From sequence record PV340856.1: DNA of 64,000 nucleotides, one strand, 5' to 3'. Made by a program: the position numbers and the translations under genes. The notes below the pieces were generated by a model. That model searched no databases. It was not told where the DNA came from and saw nothing but the letters and a program-made list of their open reading frames with translations. Shown here piece after piece: positions 18,601 to 27,173 of the stretch. Each line of letters begins with the position of its first letter. Within the stretch, counting starts at the first letter, position 1.

Positions 18601-20230
18601 TGGCACTGGATACTCGGTTGGTGATGTATTAGGAGTAGACCCCTCAGATACTGGAGGGTTTGGTAAAAACTTGAAACTTTCTATTCAAAATGAAGTTGGT
18701 ATTATAAGTGCATTCAACACTCTCCTAGTTGATCAAATTCAAGGTAAACCATCTATCGATGCTTCTTCGTCGGTTATTTTTACAACAGGAGCTGGATCAA
18801 CATCTATTTTATCTGGAGCTGATATTCAATATGTAAATGATGTTAGTGATGGTTTAACCTTCATGGTTAAACATAGTAATCATGGAATGTATAACCTTCA
18901 AGATATGGTTGTTCTTTCTAATATCGAGACTGATGTGAAACCAGAAAAATTAACTGCTGCATATGATTCTTCTACAACAGATAGTATTTCTGTTACTAAT
19001 GTTGGAATTTATACAAATTTTGAAAATGTTCCAGTAGATTCAAATAATCCTGGATATCTTAAAATTGGATCCGAAATTATTAAGTATACTGGAATTACCA
19101 CAACCACAAGTTCAATTAGTGGTATTACTAGAGCAATTGATGGTACTAATTCTGCGGATTTTGCTGTTGATGATTTAGTTTTTAAGTATGAACTCAACGG
19201 TGTTTCTTTAAGAAGAATCAATTGTCAACATAGTTTGAGCAATGTTAATCAAAATCAATACCCAATTGATGTTGATAGTTACTGGTTAAAAGTTGGTATT
19301 TCTAGTAGAGGGGTTGACAGAAGTACTGGAAACCCAAATGGATTCCCAGAATTATTTTGGAATGAAACAAAATCTGCTGGATCTTATATTACTGAAGATG
19401 TAAATACTGGTTCTGGTAATGCTCCAAGAGCAACTCAGAACATTCCATTTAACTTACTCAGACCAAATCTGACCATTTTGCAACCAGATGGAACCAGCGT
19501 TTCTGCTGCTGTTAGAACATTTAGTGGAGATAGTCCAGATGGAAATCTTTCTGCATATGTGGATCAAGGATTTGAATCAATATCTCTTGAAGGAAATAAC
19601 GAATTTACAACTCCAAGAATTGTTGCATCTAAAGTCAATGAACTTACAAGACTTGAAAATTTCCCTGGAAGAAAGTCATTCACTTTAGAAGTTACTCTCA
19701 ATACAGAAGATGAGTTTGTTGCTCCGCAAATTGATTTGGATCGGGTATCTGCATCATTTACTATGAATCGTCTTAATAGTAAAGTTAAAAATTATGCTAC
19801 TGATAGAAGAGTAAATTCTCTGGATAATGATCCGAATGCAGCAATTTATTTAACTCAAGTAATTAATCTTGATAAATCTGCGGATGGATTGAAGGTTATG
19901 TTTGATGCATATAGACATAACACAAATGATATTAGAGTTCTTTATAGATCGTTCCGTGTTGATGCTCCTGAGGGGGATCAATTATTCCAATTATTCCCTG
20001 GATATAATAATTTAGATCTTTCTGGTGGAGTTATTGATCCATCCAAATCTGATGGTTTGCCTGATAAATTTGTCCCCCCATCGGATAATTATGACGATTT
20101 CCGTCCTTTTGAATTTAATGTTTCCAATATCCCGCAGTTTAGTGCTTTTCAAATTAAGGTTTGCATGTCTGGAACTAATTACGCATATGTTCCCAGACTA
20201 AAAGACTTCCGAGTAATTGCTACTATTTGA
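12698..20230 (+). CDS. VrlC-like / DUF4815 giant virion structural protein (2510 aa)
   Basis: N-terminus MPQNTNLNSSPYFDDF...YQRVLFKPGLPIQSRELTTLQSILQNQIENFG and internal DKFKSGFFVDNF, ENVNPFHVVNWIG, DPLAQSF motifs typical of this family; follows gp8. Confidence 0.8.
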   Translation: MPQNTNLNSSPYFDDFNSSNNYQRVLFKPGLPIQSRELTTLQSILQNQIENFGTHFFKEGSVVIPGQIAYDSEYTSVQIDETHLGLPVSLYLDFLKGKRIKGETSGVKAKIEDCLTNAQSDRGNYTLYIKYEGASEEDFSGTTFIDGENLIAEEDIKYSLSSIRSGSSFATAIISNSTSVGSAAKIANGVYFIRGFFVDVPDSTVILDQYDNQPNYRVGLSISEELVTASDEYDDLYDNARGFSNFAAPGADRLKISTTLIKKSLTDLNDENFIELMRLEDGVIRKFSNETTSNLITNELARRTFDESGDYYVTPFSVDIKESLNDRVGNDGAYYDNQTTQEGNIPSEDLISLTIGPGKAYVRGFEVETLDTTSLDIDKPRTTSTVDNEALPFSVGRTIELNNVYGSPAVGIGTEGLVNLYKSRTASPGSASGLHIGVARLYDFRLRDAAYSDASTTFRSSLYDIQTFTYLNLNTTTSINVPAFVEGRNSSASGYVYVASANSNQLILYQVTGEFQVDEEITVNGESINRSIVSFDDYGFQDVHQIKNASGVAFTADTKLTNRIRFAEPGTDYTISAESAGVSTITSSNANFGAVSGISTGDVIAYSKAATSVPSYGIVKQIGTNSRSIIIEAPPAAVTNVNGSSLPTSETTLSDVSKVTLEVLNNGENSLYSELTEPNVSSVNLNNSEISFKKTYYISVSSGAYSATLESDTNLTLQSFDEEDYNLSFDSTGTVESLTDQKVSVSGRTITLSQISEDGSAVLTVTWTKKNPKAKNKIYRRAQIIQINKSSKNSSGIGNSTTDDGLTFSNIYGTRVQDKKISLGVCDVAAVRAVFESSSVNSPQLPKIVLVDLNSNLTNALRGETIVGESSGSAATFVETNGTNEASFIYENENIFTSGEKIIFQESNITATVQSFISGDRDIKNNFEFDPGQNSDFIDFSSIIRLNSANAPTKRLTVIFDRFEIDTSDPGDLVSVDSYDADLYGKSLPYIGQIPVSDIIDLRPRVVSTASTVSPFEYKSRSFDPLTSSTTHVFSSEKNINISYNYYLGRIDKIFLTRDGVFSRSKGVPATFPEPPNNVDNALEIATIDMPPYLYSIRDLDVQVSTHKRYQMQDIADIETRLTNVEYYTSLSLLENETSSLTIKDPITNLDKFKSGFFVDNFKSKNGGGDTDNTQFRCSIDTTEGEARPEHYTTSIDLLLGSESVIGAATSSFPDADYRFVSDLGDSNVVKRGDIVTLNYKDVEYLKNSFATRSENVNPFHVVNWIGVLELNPATDTWIDTRRLPGKDVDVEGSYGAIQGMVGGVDSNTGLSPVQWNSWETTWTGKQRIKGPVIFKKKKKVKGTVRKRKKRGSFVPGRGIPITTTKRWVQKIKKVREVTTVRTGNKSRDGIQYRVDEKIDSKSLGSSVISSDVAAVMRSRNVEFICKRLKPNTQLYAFFDNIDMNAYIVPKLIEIEMVSGTFATGEMVRGDGINSRNKSIRFRLAQQNHKYGPYNNPTETYVSNPYNVSNSISNSYSSTTTILNVDTASLELQSASGFYGCISKGMNLIGASSGAIAKVKDIRLITDRAGVVIGSLFIPDPTQKSTQVFQTGSKTFTLTSSKTNETISGFTDSSAEATFMSSGTINNTQETTLRIRNATVERVPRSESQNVERRRTRRVTKVKFRNRKKTQTRWVDPLAQSFEVPEENGVYLTKCDIYFRTKDSSALPVTLQVRELQLGLPTQTILPFGEVVLDPQNVVVSNDGSKPTTFTFPSPVYCEGSSQFALVLLSASNEYTVFISRMGEEDISTANKPDSEKIIVSQQPLLGSLFKSQNGATWDPSQFEDLKFNLYQAEYLTKSGTVKFYNPDLDIGNKQIVTLSPNPLNMLSKSNIIGLGKSLTSNEVNGLISGTTIEQENNPNFSAKLVGVLGAVGVNSTLNITDSGLNFASGNPTYSDVPLVSLTGRGSGAKATIVINSGSVASATVSAGGTGYSVGDVLGVDPSDTGGFGKNLKLSIQNEVGIISAFNTLLVDQIQGKPSIDASSSVIFTTGAGSTSILSGADIQYVNDVSDGLTFMVKHSNHGMYNLQDMVVLSNIETDVKPEKLTAAYDSSTTDSISVTNVGIYTNFENVPVDSNNPGYLKIGSEIIKYTGITTTTSSISGITRAIDGTNSADFAVDDLVFKYELNGVSLRRINCQHSLSNVNQNQYPIDVDSYWLKVGISSRGVDRSTGNPNGFPELFWNETKSAGSYITEDVNTGSGNAPRATQNIPFNLLRPNLTILQPDGTSVSAAVRTFSGDSPDGNLSAYVDQGFESISLEGNNEFTTPRIVASKVNELTRLENFPGRKSFTLEVTLNTEDEFVAPQIDLDRVSASFTMNRLNSKVKNYATDRRVNSLDNDPNAAIYLTQVINLDKSADGLKVMFDAYRHNTNDIRVLYRSFRVDAPEGDQLFQLFPGYNNLDLSGGVIDPSKSDGLPDKFVPPSDNYDDFRPFEFNVSNIPQFSAFQIKVCMSGTNYAYVPRLKDFRVIATI

Positions 20231-20231
20231 T

Positions 20232-20441
20232 ATGGACAAAATAAGAGTTGAAAATAGCCATTCTCTTTATAGAGATTCTGAAACGGGGGCTATATTGAAT
20301 TGCAATGATAGTGAGTATGACTCATATCTTAGAAGCAAGAATATTGCAGCTAAGAAAAAGAACGAAATTGATCAATTGAAGAGTGATGTGGGAGAGCTCA
20401 AAGATATGATGAAAATCATTCTAGAAAAATTGGATAAATAA
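20232..20441 (+). CDS. Small conserved coiled-coil protein
   Basis: MDKIRVENSHSLYRDSETGAILN...EIDQLKSDVGELKDMMKIILEKL; start reassigned to the ATG 1 bp after the VrlC stop. Confidence 0.7.
   Translation: MDKIRVENSHSLYRDSETGAILNCNDSEYDSYLRSKNIAAKKKNEIDQLKSDVGELKDMMKIILEKLDK
20433..20440 (+). promoter_or_regulatory. Probable late promoter GATAAATA
   Basis: Overlaps the upstream stop codon, 24 bp before the ATG at 20464. Confidence 0.5.
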
Positions 20442-20463
20442 TTAAAATCTCCCTTTTTGTGTA

Positions 20464-20796
20464 ATGGCAGCTAGAAATGTCAATTTAGTCATTGAACAAA
20501 ACGTTGATTTTGAAGCAACCTTCACTATTAGAAATGCGAACAATTCGCCATTAAATTTGACGGGGTATTCTGCTCTTGCTAAGATTAGAAAACACCCAGA
20601 TGCAACAAAATACACGGATTTTGTTATTTCTTTTCCGAATAGGATCAATGGAGTTGTAAAAGTTGCTCTTGCAGTAACTTCTACTGCTACTCTGGAGGGA
20701 GGAAGATATGTGTATGATCTGGTTCTCGTTTCTCCAAACAATTATAAGACTAGACCTATCGCAGGAAATGTTTTAGTGTTGCCTGGAGTATCATGA
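20464..20796 (+). CDS. Small virion structural protein (BppU-N-like Ig fold)
   Basis: NLVIEQNVDFEATFTI...LNLTGYSALAKIRK...GRYVYDLVL...RPIAGNVLVLPGVS, a pattern common in phage baseplate/tail modules. Confidence 0.6.
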   Translation: MAARNVNLVIEQNVDFEATFTIRNANNSPLNLTGYSALAKIRKHPDATKYTDFVISFPNRINGVVKVALAVTSTATLEGGRYVYDLVLVSPNNYKTRPIAGNVLVLPGVS

Positions 20797-21470
20797 CTGA
20801 TTACTTAGTTAATCTCAATAGTTCTGGATCATATTCAGTTGGTGTTGACTATGAAATTCCATCAAAGTCAACACAAAATACAAATTTAATTATTGACAAT
20901 ATTAATGATCAGTTCAATGGTATTGGAGTTACGTTTTCGTTAAATAGTGGAGGCGATCCGTATAATCCATTAAATGACCAGCAATTGATTGTTTGTAAAA
21001 ACAATCTGGTCATGGAACCTGGAGAAGATTTTACTATTGCTGGTGATCAGCTCATTTTCTCAGTTCCACCAATTGCTGGAGATGATGTGTTCATCATCGC
21101 TCTTGCAACAACAGCGGATCTAACAAGATCTGTTAATTTTGTTATTGATAGTGGATCTCAAGATATCTCCCCAGGAAGTAAAGGCAAGGTAACTGTCGAT
21201 GTTTCTGGAACAATTGAGTCCATTAAAGTATTGAGTGATCAAACTGGAGATATTGTCTTAGAAGTTTCAAAATCCAATTTCCAAGACTTCCCCACGTTCA
21301 CAACAATCACCAATAATCAAAGAGTTCAACTACAGTCCCAAAACAAGTACATTGATGATGTACTAAATAACTGGGATAAGACAATAGTTGCTGGTGATAT
21401 TTTGGATTTCTCAGTGGTCAGTTCAACAAACATGCGAAGACTGCTGATCTCTTTAAAATTAAAATTATAA
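20793..21470 (+). CDS. Putative virion structural protein
   Basis: ATGA overlap with upstream gene; DNINDQFNGIGVTFSL...MEPGEDFTIAGDQLIFSVPP module also seen in the 2492-aa protein (DDISKFFNGFRTKFTL...QVPGESYIFKGSRIIFSEAP). Confidence 0.65.
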   Translation: MTDYLVNLNSSGSYSVGVDYEIPSKSTQNTNLIIDNINDQFNGIGVTFSLNSGGDPYNPLNDQQLIVCKNNLVMEPGEDFTIAGDQLIFSVPPIAGDDVFIIALATTADLTRSVNFVIDSGSQDISPGSKGKVTVDVSGTIESIKVLSDQTGDIVLEVSKSNFQDFPTFTTITNNQRVQLQSQNKYIDDVLNNWDKTIVAGDILDFSVVSSTNMRRLLISLKLKL

Positions 21471-21473
21471 ATA
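21466..21473 (+). promoter_or_regulatory. T4-type late promoter TATAAATA
   Basis: Exact consensus upstream of the gene at 21516, which has a GAGGAG RBS. Confidence 0.75.
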
Positions 21474-21515
21474 AGTATAGTTCTTAAAGTCTAACCCCTA
21501 CGAGGAGTTGTATCG

Positions 21516-22523
21516 ATGGCATTACTAGTTCCTAATATTGGTGAAATTGAGTCTCTCCGTTATCTGATTGCTCAGAATAACTTCGTTGCAGACCTAGAGG
21601 ATACCTCACCAAGGAATCTCGTACTCAAACTGTTTACGAGTAACACTACACCCGCTGAAGGTGATGTACCTTCCCAAACTGCATATTTCGAGCCTTATAT
21701 TGATGGTAACGTCAATGGTTACGGAACTACTGCAAACACGGGTTATCCTAATTGCGTGGATAACAGAATTGATCAAGATTATGCCGCACAGTACGGTATT
21801 CTACTAAATGGATCTCGCTGGGTTATTAAGAACGTTGGTAGTGGTACAACCGCAACCTATCCAGAACAGACTTTCACCTTCACTGGACCTGCTGGTAATA
21901 TCTATGGTTATTATGTAACCAGAGCAAACAACATGCCAGTCTCTGTTCAGGGTGTTAATCATGCGGCTGGTGTTGGTATTGGAACAACCGTAACTAAGGG
22001 TAACAACACCGATCCCTGTATTGGAGTTGTTGGTAATAGATATTTCAATGTTGATCCACAAGTATCTATTAACGATTTAACTCTCGGACAGTATGTTGCT
22101 GGTAACGCAGGAGTTCAGACTGGAACAAGAGTTATCGGTCTTGACCGAGCATTGCAAGTTGTTTATATCGATAAACCTCTGATTGATAACATTCAGGTTG
22201 CAACCGACCCCTCCGTTACATTCAGTTTTGGTAAGATTTCCATCACAGATCACGGTCTTAAAAAAGGAGATATCGTTTACATTGCTGCTGGTGCAGGTAA
22301 TACAACTCTTGAATCGAGTGTTTATACTGTCTTTGACGTACCAAACAACGATGAGTTTGTAACTACACCTTCTCTAACCGCAACATCTAATGGTGTTCTT
22401 GGACTGAATACTGCGACTCTCTACTCCAGCATTATGTACGCTGAGAGATTCACAAATGGTCCATACAACATTCAGAACAATGGTGACCAAATTAAGATCA
22501 CCTTGAACGTCGCACTTGACTGA
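21516..22523 (+). CDS. Virion structural protein
   Basis: MALLVPNIGEIESLRYL...LVLKLFTSNTTPAEGD...ATYPEQTFTF...YAERFTNGPYNIQNNGDQIKITLNVALD; good RBS, own late promoter and terminator. Confidence 0.7.
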   Translation: MALLVPNIGEIESLRYLIAQNNFVADLEDTSPRNLVLKLFTSNTTPAEGDVPSQTAYFEPYIDGNVNGYGTTANTGYPNCVDNRIDQDYAAQYGILLNGSRWVIKNVGSGTTATYPEQTFTFTGPAGNIYGYYVTRANNMPVSVQGVNHAAGVGIGTTVTKGNNTDPCIGVVGNRYFNVDPQVSINDLTLGQYVAGNAGVQTGTRVIGLDRALQVVYIDKPLIDNIQVATDPSVTFSFGKISITDHGLKKGDIVYIAAGAGNTTLESSVYTVFDVPNNDEFVTTPSLTATSNGVLGLNTATLYSSIMYAERFTNGPYNIQNNGDQIKITLNVALD

Positions 22524-22555
22524 TACGCATATACAATAAAATATTCGTCATGGTG

Positions 22556-22588
22556 GGGATTGCTTTATTATCAGGCAATCCCTTTTTT
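22556..22588 (+). terminator. Rho-independent terminator
   Basis: Stem GGGATTGC / GCAATCCC followed by TTTTTT. Confidence 0.75.
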
Positions 22589-22611
22589 CATCTAATGAAT
22601 AGAACTAAACT

Positions 22612-25600
22612 ATGACCGTTTATGTCTACGATGAAAATAAGGTAGATGTATTCGTTGCAGAAGATGCAGGTTTGGTAACCGCCTCTGCGACGATAACGGC
22701 TGACTATGGCAATATTTCAGACACCGCTGACGATGATCGCGGCGAAGATAATTTTAATCCTTGGTATTTTGGTCTAATTACAGACCTTGATGATGTTCTA
22801 CCATTTGGTAATTTTGAAGTTGGTGGAGAAGCAGAACCACTAATTTCTCCAAAGATTCCTGGTGGTGGACGATTCCGTATAGAAGATATTGCAGAAGTAT
22901 CGTATGTAACCCCCTGGAGAGGGTCTGGAACCCTCTTCGAGATCGGTGGCGGTCTGGAGAGACTGGTCATCCCAGATTTGGGTGCCGCAGGACCATCTCC
23001 ATCCATTTACGGACAAGCCCACGAATCCAATACATTCGTTGAAATCGGATCTGGTACACTCGCTCAACTTTCTGACGAAGGAGCGACAGCCAAGTTTAAT
23101 AGGTATCCCTGGGACGCTTCAGGTACTCTTACCCTCAGTGGATACAACTCCACCCAATTTCCAGACGATTTCATTGCGGTCATTAAAAATGTTGCGAAGG
23201 TCAAAGGCACAGGTCCTTCTCGCGTCATTTATGATTATAGTCTGGATCCAGATACAGAATTTGATGCTGAGAATTACGGATTCGTTACCCAGGTACAGGG
23301 AGGCAAATTCTCAGATAATGATGATCTGACATTTGATAGAATTATTACTAAGAGGAAAGATAGATCCTTTAGTGATAATGATCTTCTTGAGAATGAGAAT
23401 TATGGTGATATTACCGTATCTGCTCAAGAAACCGAAGATGATGGAATAATTCCAAGGAAACTGGGTGGTGGACTCTTTATGCACGATTACCAGGCAACTG
23501 GTATCAGGGCTCAAGAGTCAATTCCATTCGCATATCTTGGTCTTGGATCTCTATTCTCTCTTGGAGAACTCGATCCAGAGAAGGATGTCGATCAGGTATT
23601 TGCATATGCAGGTTCTGGTGGATTCAATGTTACTGGAGAGAACTTCTTCAGTCAGGCTCCACAGAGTACAATCTTTGGTGAAGAAGGTGAGTTCTCCTTC
23701 AGTGGATCTGCTGCAGAAGCATTTGTACCTGCAACTGTTGATAATACGGTACTGTTCAATCAGGTTGGATCTGCTGATGATAGGATCATCTGGCAGGCTG
23801 GTGAACGTAAGGTTACCATCAGACCAATTGGATTTGGTTCTGTACTCCTTTCGGATACTCCGCCAACAAATACGGCAACTTTATCCGTATCTGGAGAAGC
23901 AACAAGCATTCAAAGGACGTTTGTCGAAGAAAATGTAAGTCTATTCAACATCAGTGGAGATGCCGGCAATCCACTGGATGCAAGATTCACTCCCCACTTC
24001 AGATCTGCTAGAGGAGATATTATCCTCCCAGATGAGGATTGGGGTCTCATTAGTAACTCGGCTACCGAGTTTGAAGATTGGGGTTATATCAGAGAAGTTG
24101 CAACCACCTCTCTCGTATTTGGAGATATTCTTTCTCCATTCAATTACATTCAAATTGGCGGTCAGCATTATCCAAGTACGGATACATTCTCTGTTGGGGA
24201 GTCCTCTTTTGCCAAACAGACACTTGGAGTTACTGGCATTGCAACCTTCAGACTATCTGAAGATTCCAGTCTGGAAAGAACATTCGATTACGAATCTTCA
24301 GGTATTACTGGTATTGCTACCTACAAGGCTGGTATCAATATCTTCGGTGCAAATTGGTTCAGTCAGGCTCCACAGAGTACAGTATTTGGTCTCGAAGGAG
24401 AACTTACTCTTAGTGGTTCTGCTGACGAGTCCACCACTCCATTCATTGAACCTCAAGGAACTGATGGTAACTTCAGATTCCTTACTGGATCTGCTGAAAT
24501 TGTTATTGATTCGGTCGCAAGAGCAATTGCACCTTCTGTACTTGGTGATGTCTATATTGGTGGAACGGCTGATATTAGATTCAGTCCTGCTGTCACTGGT
24601 GTTGGTATTGCTACATTCCGTCAAGGTAGAGAAGAATTCCAGACATATCGCAGAATCATTGATCCTGATATGGATCTGGTCCTTACCACAATTGGTGGTG
24701 GACTTATCAATGAGGACTTTGTTAAGAGTTACAATGAGTCTTCCATCTACTATGGTCCTCAGGATGAGGATTATGGATCAATTCTCAATGCAGCTGCATA
24801 TGGATTTGGTCTCAACTTCTCTACAAGTGTTCTTCCAAGTTTCGACAAAACAGAATCTTATTCTACTGATTTCTCAACAACTGTTGTATCTGAAAATCTT
24901 GGTACTATCACCGAAGGTATTCCAATCCCAGGTGGTAAACCATACGATCAATATCTATATCCCTACTATCCTGGATTTATTGATCAGGATATTGATGGCG
25001 GTTATGATGATCATGGATTTATTAATGTTGATGCGGATTCTCAAACAAGAGAACCATTCGGAAATCTTGATATTGAACAACCACCAACCCTTACGGTTAC
25101 TAGATTCATTCCTAGATGGAATGGTTCTGGTACTATTGTTCCTTCTGGTACTGCAAGAGAGAGATTTATTACTTCGGACGGCAATACCGTTCTCTTCGAC
25201 TTTATTGGAACAACTTCTCCAGAGAAGTTCATTGCTCAGACTCCAGAAGATACAATTCTCCTCACCTTTGCTGGTGCAGCAGAAGATGAATCGGTAACCT
25301 TCAGCGAAGTTGGAATTGGAACCGCATACTTCTCTGGTGATAGTGTTGAGAGAGTCGAATTTGTTGAAATTGGAACTGGAATTCTTTCCTTCTCTGGTGC
25401 GGCAATTGAGAGATCCTCTATGGATCCCCCAGAAGGAACATATCTCCACGTATTCAGTGGAGAAGATGTTGAATCTTCGATTACCTACGCCTCTCAGGCA
25501 ACCAAACCCACATTACGTTTGGTTGGTCAACTGGTTCATCCACAGATTGATTACACCCCACATTACGGTATTGATAGAAATATCGGTATTGAGACTGGCA

Positions 25601-27129
25601 TTACTCTTAACCCTGGAAGTTCTCCTGGAGAATATGGTAATCCTGGTATTGTCACTACCAGATTTATTCCAAATTATGATGGTCTTGGCGTTATTTCTCT
25701 CAGTGGAAAAGCTATTGGTCGTACAAACGCACCAATCTTTACCTCTGGTACTATTCACATTCTCGGTGTTCACACCGCAGCTCAAGGAATCAGTTCTGGA
25801 AGAGAGACGGGTCTTACCGAAAGTTTCTCTCCTGGAACAATATTTGGTGGTCCTGGACAACTTACCTTCAAGGGAATTGCTCCAAATCGTCCAATTCAGG
25901 TCTTTGGTTATTACGGAGATGATAGAGATCCTGGTGCTGGTACATCTGGAGTCATTTCGATTGATCCTTCTCAGGAAGGAATCAAAATCAGATCTCTCGA
26001 AGATTATATCGGTGTTGGAACTGCATACTTCTCTGGAGCATATTCCGATCTATCTGCAACATTCAGAGAAATTGGAACGGGAGAACTCTACAAGTTCTCT
26101 GCTCTATACGAAAGAAGAACCTTCGATTATGTTGGTTCTGGCACACTTACTGCATCTGGAACAACAGATGCTGCAAGCATCTTCCAGACTCCAGACAATA
26201 CAGTTCTATTCACAGTTTCTGGAGAGGCACAAAAACTTGTCGCCCTCAAGGACGAAATGGGTGGAACGATTTCCATCTACAATACAGAAAAAATTGTTAC
26301 TGGAATTACTCTTTCTATTGCAACTGAAGGCACGTTCAGTTTCTTTTCCAGTGGTGCGGAATCTATTGTCATTCCTTCAGATGCTACTACGGTTCTCTTC
26401 GATGTCGAAGGAATTGCCGATACCAGAGAAATTCAAGTCTACGGTTACTATGGAGATGATAGAGATCCTGGTACATCTGGAACTATCACAGTTGTTGGTG
26501 AACTTACACATCCACAGATTGACTTTACACCTGCAGAAACTGGATTTGGAGACATTTCTTTCTCAGGACAATCTAGCATCAAGGCGCAACTTTCAGTTGT
26601 CGGAAAAGGAATTGCTACTCTTTCTGGATCTGCAACAGAAAAATTTGTCAGTGGCTCTGGATCAGATACAATTCTCTTCAACATCGATGGAGATGGAGAA
26701 ACAGCTCTCAATTCTGTATATGGTTATTACGGAGACGACAAGGATCCTGGTACTTCTGGTCAACTCATATTCTCTGGAATTGGCGACACAAAACCGATCC
26801 AAGTTTATGGATATTATGGAGACGACAAGGATCCTGGTACTTCTGGTCAAATTACAATTTTTGGACGACCTCTTATTCATCCAGAAGTCGATTATACCCC
26901 ACATATTGGCAAAGACACTGCGATTTTATTCAAAATCGGTGGTGGTGTCAATATCCGAAGAACTTTTCCAGAAGTTATTGGAGAAGGATCTCTCTTTGGA
27001 TTCGACTCTGGAGAAGAAGCATATGCAAGATCCACATATGTCGGCATCGGTGTTGCAAACTTCTTCTCGAATGCAGTCACGGAAACTTTGGCATTTGAAC
27101 CGTCTCGCGTATACGTTACTATCATTTAA
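22612..27129 (+). CDS. Large acidic repetitive protein (1505 aa), putative virion structural/fibre protein
   Basis: Long ORF within the tail module with internal repeats (VYGYYGDD[RK]DPGTSG, HPQIDYTP, FSQAPQST.FG, E[DN]YG.I). Confidence 0.65.
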   Translation: MTVYVYDENKVDVFVAEDAGLVTASATITADYGNISDTADDDRGEDNFNPWYFGLITDLDDVLPFGNFEVGGEAEPLISPKIPGGGRFRIEDIAEVSYVTPWRGSGTLFEIGGGLERLVIPDLGAAGPSPSIYGQAHESNTFVEIGSGTLAQLSDEGATAKFNRYPWDASGTLTLSGYNSTQFPDDFIAVIKNVAKVKGTGPSRVIYDYSLDPDTEFDAENYGFVTQVQGGKFSDNDDLTFDRIITKRKDRSFSDNDLLENENYGDITVSAQETEDDGIIPRKLGGGLFMHDYQATGIRAQESIPFAYLGLGSLFSLGELDPEKDVDQVFAYAGSGGFNVTGENFFSQAPQSTIFGEEGEFSFSGSAAEAFVPATVDNTVLFNQVGSADDRIIWQAGERKVTIRPIGFGSVLLSDTPPTNTATLSVSGEATSIQRTFVEENVSLFNISGDAGNPLDARFTPHFRSARGDIILPDEDWGLISNSATEFEDWGYIREVATTSLVFGDILSPFNYIQIGGQHYPSTDTFSVGESSFAKQTLGVTGIATFRLSEDSSLERTFDYESSGITGIATYKAGINIFGANWFSQAPQSTVFGLEGELTLSGSADESTTPFIEPQGTDGNFRFLTGSAEIVIDSVARAIAPSVLGDVYIGGTADIRFSPAVTGVGIATFRQGREEFQTYRRIIDPDMDLVLTTIGGGLINEDFVKSYNESSIYYGPQDEDYGSILNAAAYGFGLNFSTSVLPSFDKTESYSTDFSTTVVSENLGTITEGIPIPGGKPYDQYLYPYYPGFIDQDIDGGYDDHGFINVDADSQTREPFGNLDIEQPPTLTVTRFIPRWNGSGTIVPSGTARERFITSDGNTVLFDFIGTTSPEKFIAQTPEDTILLTFAGAAEDESVTFSEVGIGTAYFSGDSVERVEFVEIGTGILSFSGAAIERSSMDPPEGTYLHVFSGEDVESSITYASQATKPTLRLVGQLVHPQIDYTPHYGIDRNIGIETGITLNPGSSPGEYGNPGIVTTRFIPNYDGLGVISLSGKAIGRTNAPIFTSGTIHILGVHTAAQGISSGRETGLTESFSPGTIFGGPGQLTFKGIAPNRPIQVFGYYGDDRDPGAGTSGVISIDPSQEGIKIRSLEDYIGVGTAYFSGAYSDLSATFREIGTGELYKFSALYERRTFDYVGSGTLTASGTTDAASIFQTPDNTVLFTVSGEAQKLVALKDEMGGTISIYNTEKIVTGITLSIATEGTFSFFSSGAESIVIPSDATTVLFDVEGIADTREIQVYGYYGDDRDPGTSGTITVVGELTHPQIDFTPAETGFGDISFSGQSSIKAQLSVVGKGIATLSGSATEKFVSGSGSDTILFNIDGDGETALNSVYGYYGDDKDPGTSGQLIFSGIGDTKPIQVYGYYGDDKDPGTSGQITIFGRPLIHPEVDYTPHIGKDTAILFKIGGGVNIRRTFPEVIGEGSLFGFDSGEEAYARSTYVGIGVANFFSNAVTETLAFEPSRVYVTII
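26731..26850 (+). repeat. Exact 33-bp direct repeat GGAGACGACAAGGATCCTGGTACTTCTGGTCAA (26731-26763 and 26818-26850)
   Basis: Read directly from sequence; 87-bp (29-aa) spacing; related copies near 25915 and 26452. Confidence 0.85.
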
Positions 27130-27132
27130 GTT

Positions 27133-27140
27133 TATAAATA
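27133..27140 (+). promoter_or_regulatory. T4-type late promoter TATAAATA
   Basis: Exact consensus about 34 bp upstream of the ATG at 27174. Confidence 0.75.
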
Positions 27141-27173
27141 AATCAGAAGCATATCTTTCATGAGTTTTGAATC

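Noticed and set aside
312-20741. Numerous 60-180-aa ORFs on both strands nested in the giant structural genes
   Set aside because: Fully overlapped by well-supported genes, with no RBS or motifs; treated as spurious.
25900-26850. Direct repeats as a possible CRISPR array or non-coding repeat element
   Set aside because: Repeats are in-frame coding units with irregular spacing and synonymous variation; no cas genes or leader.
22946-27163. Long alternative-frame ORFs (447 aa and 617 aa, plus shorter ones) overlapping the 1505-aa gene
   Set aside because: All lie in the +1 frame of the main gene and encode motif-less Leu/Ser-rich sequence. Avoidance of NTA codons in the real frame explains the scarcity of stops.
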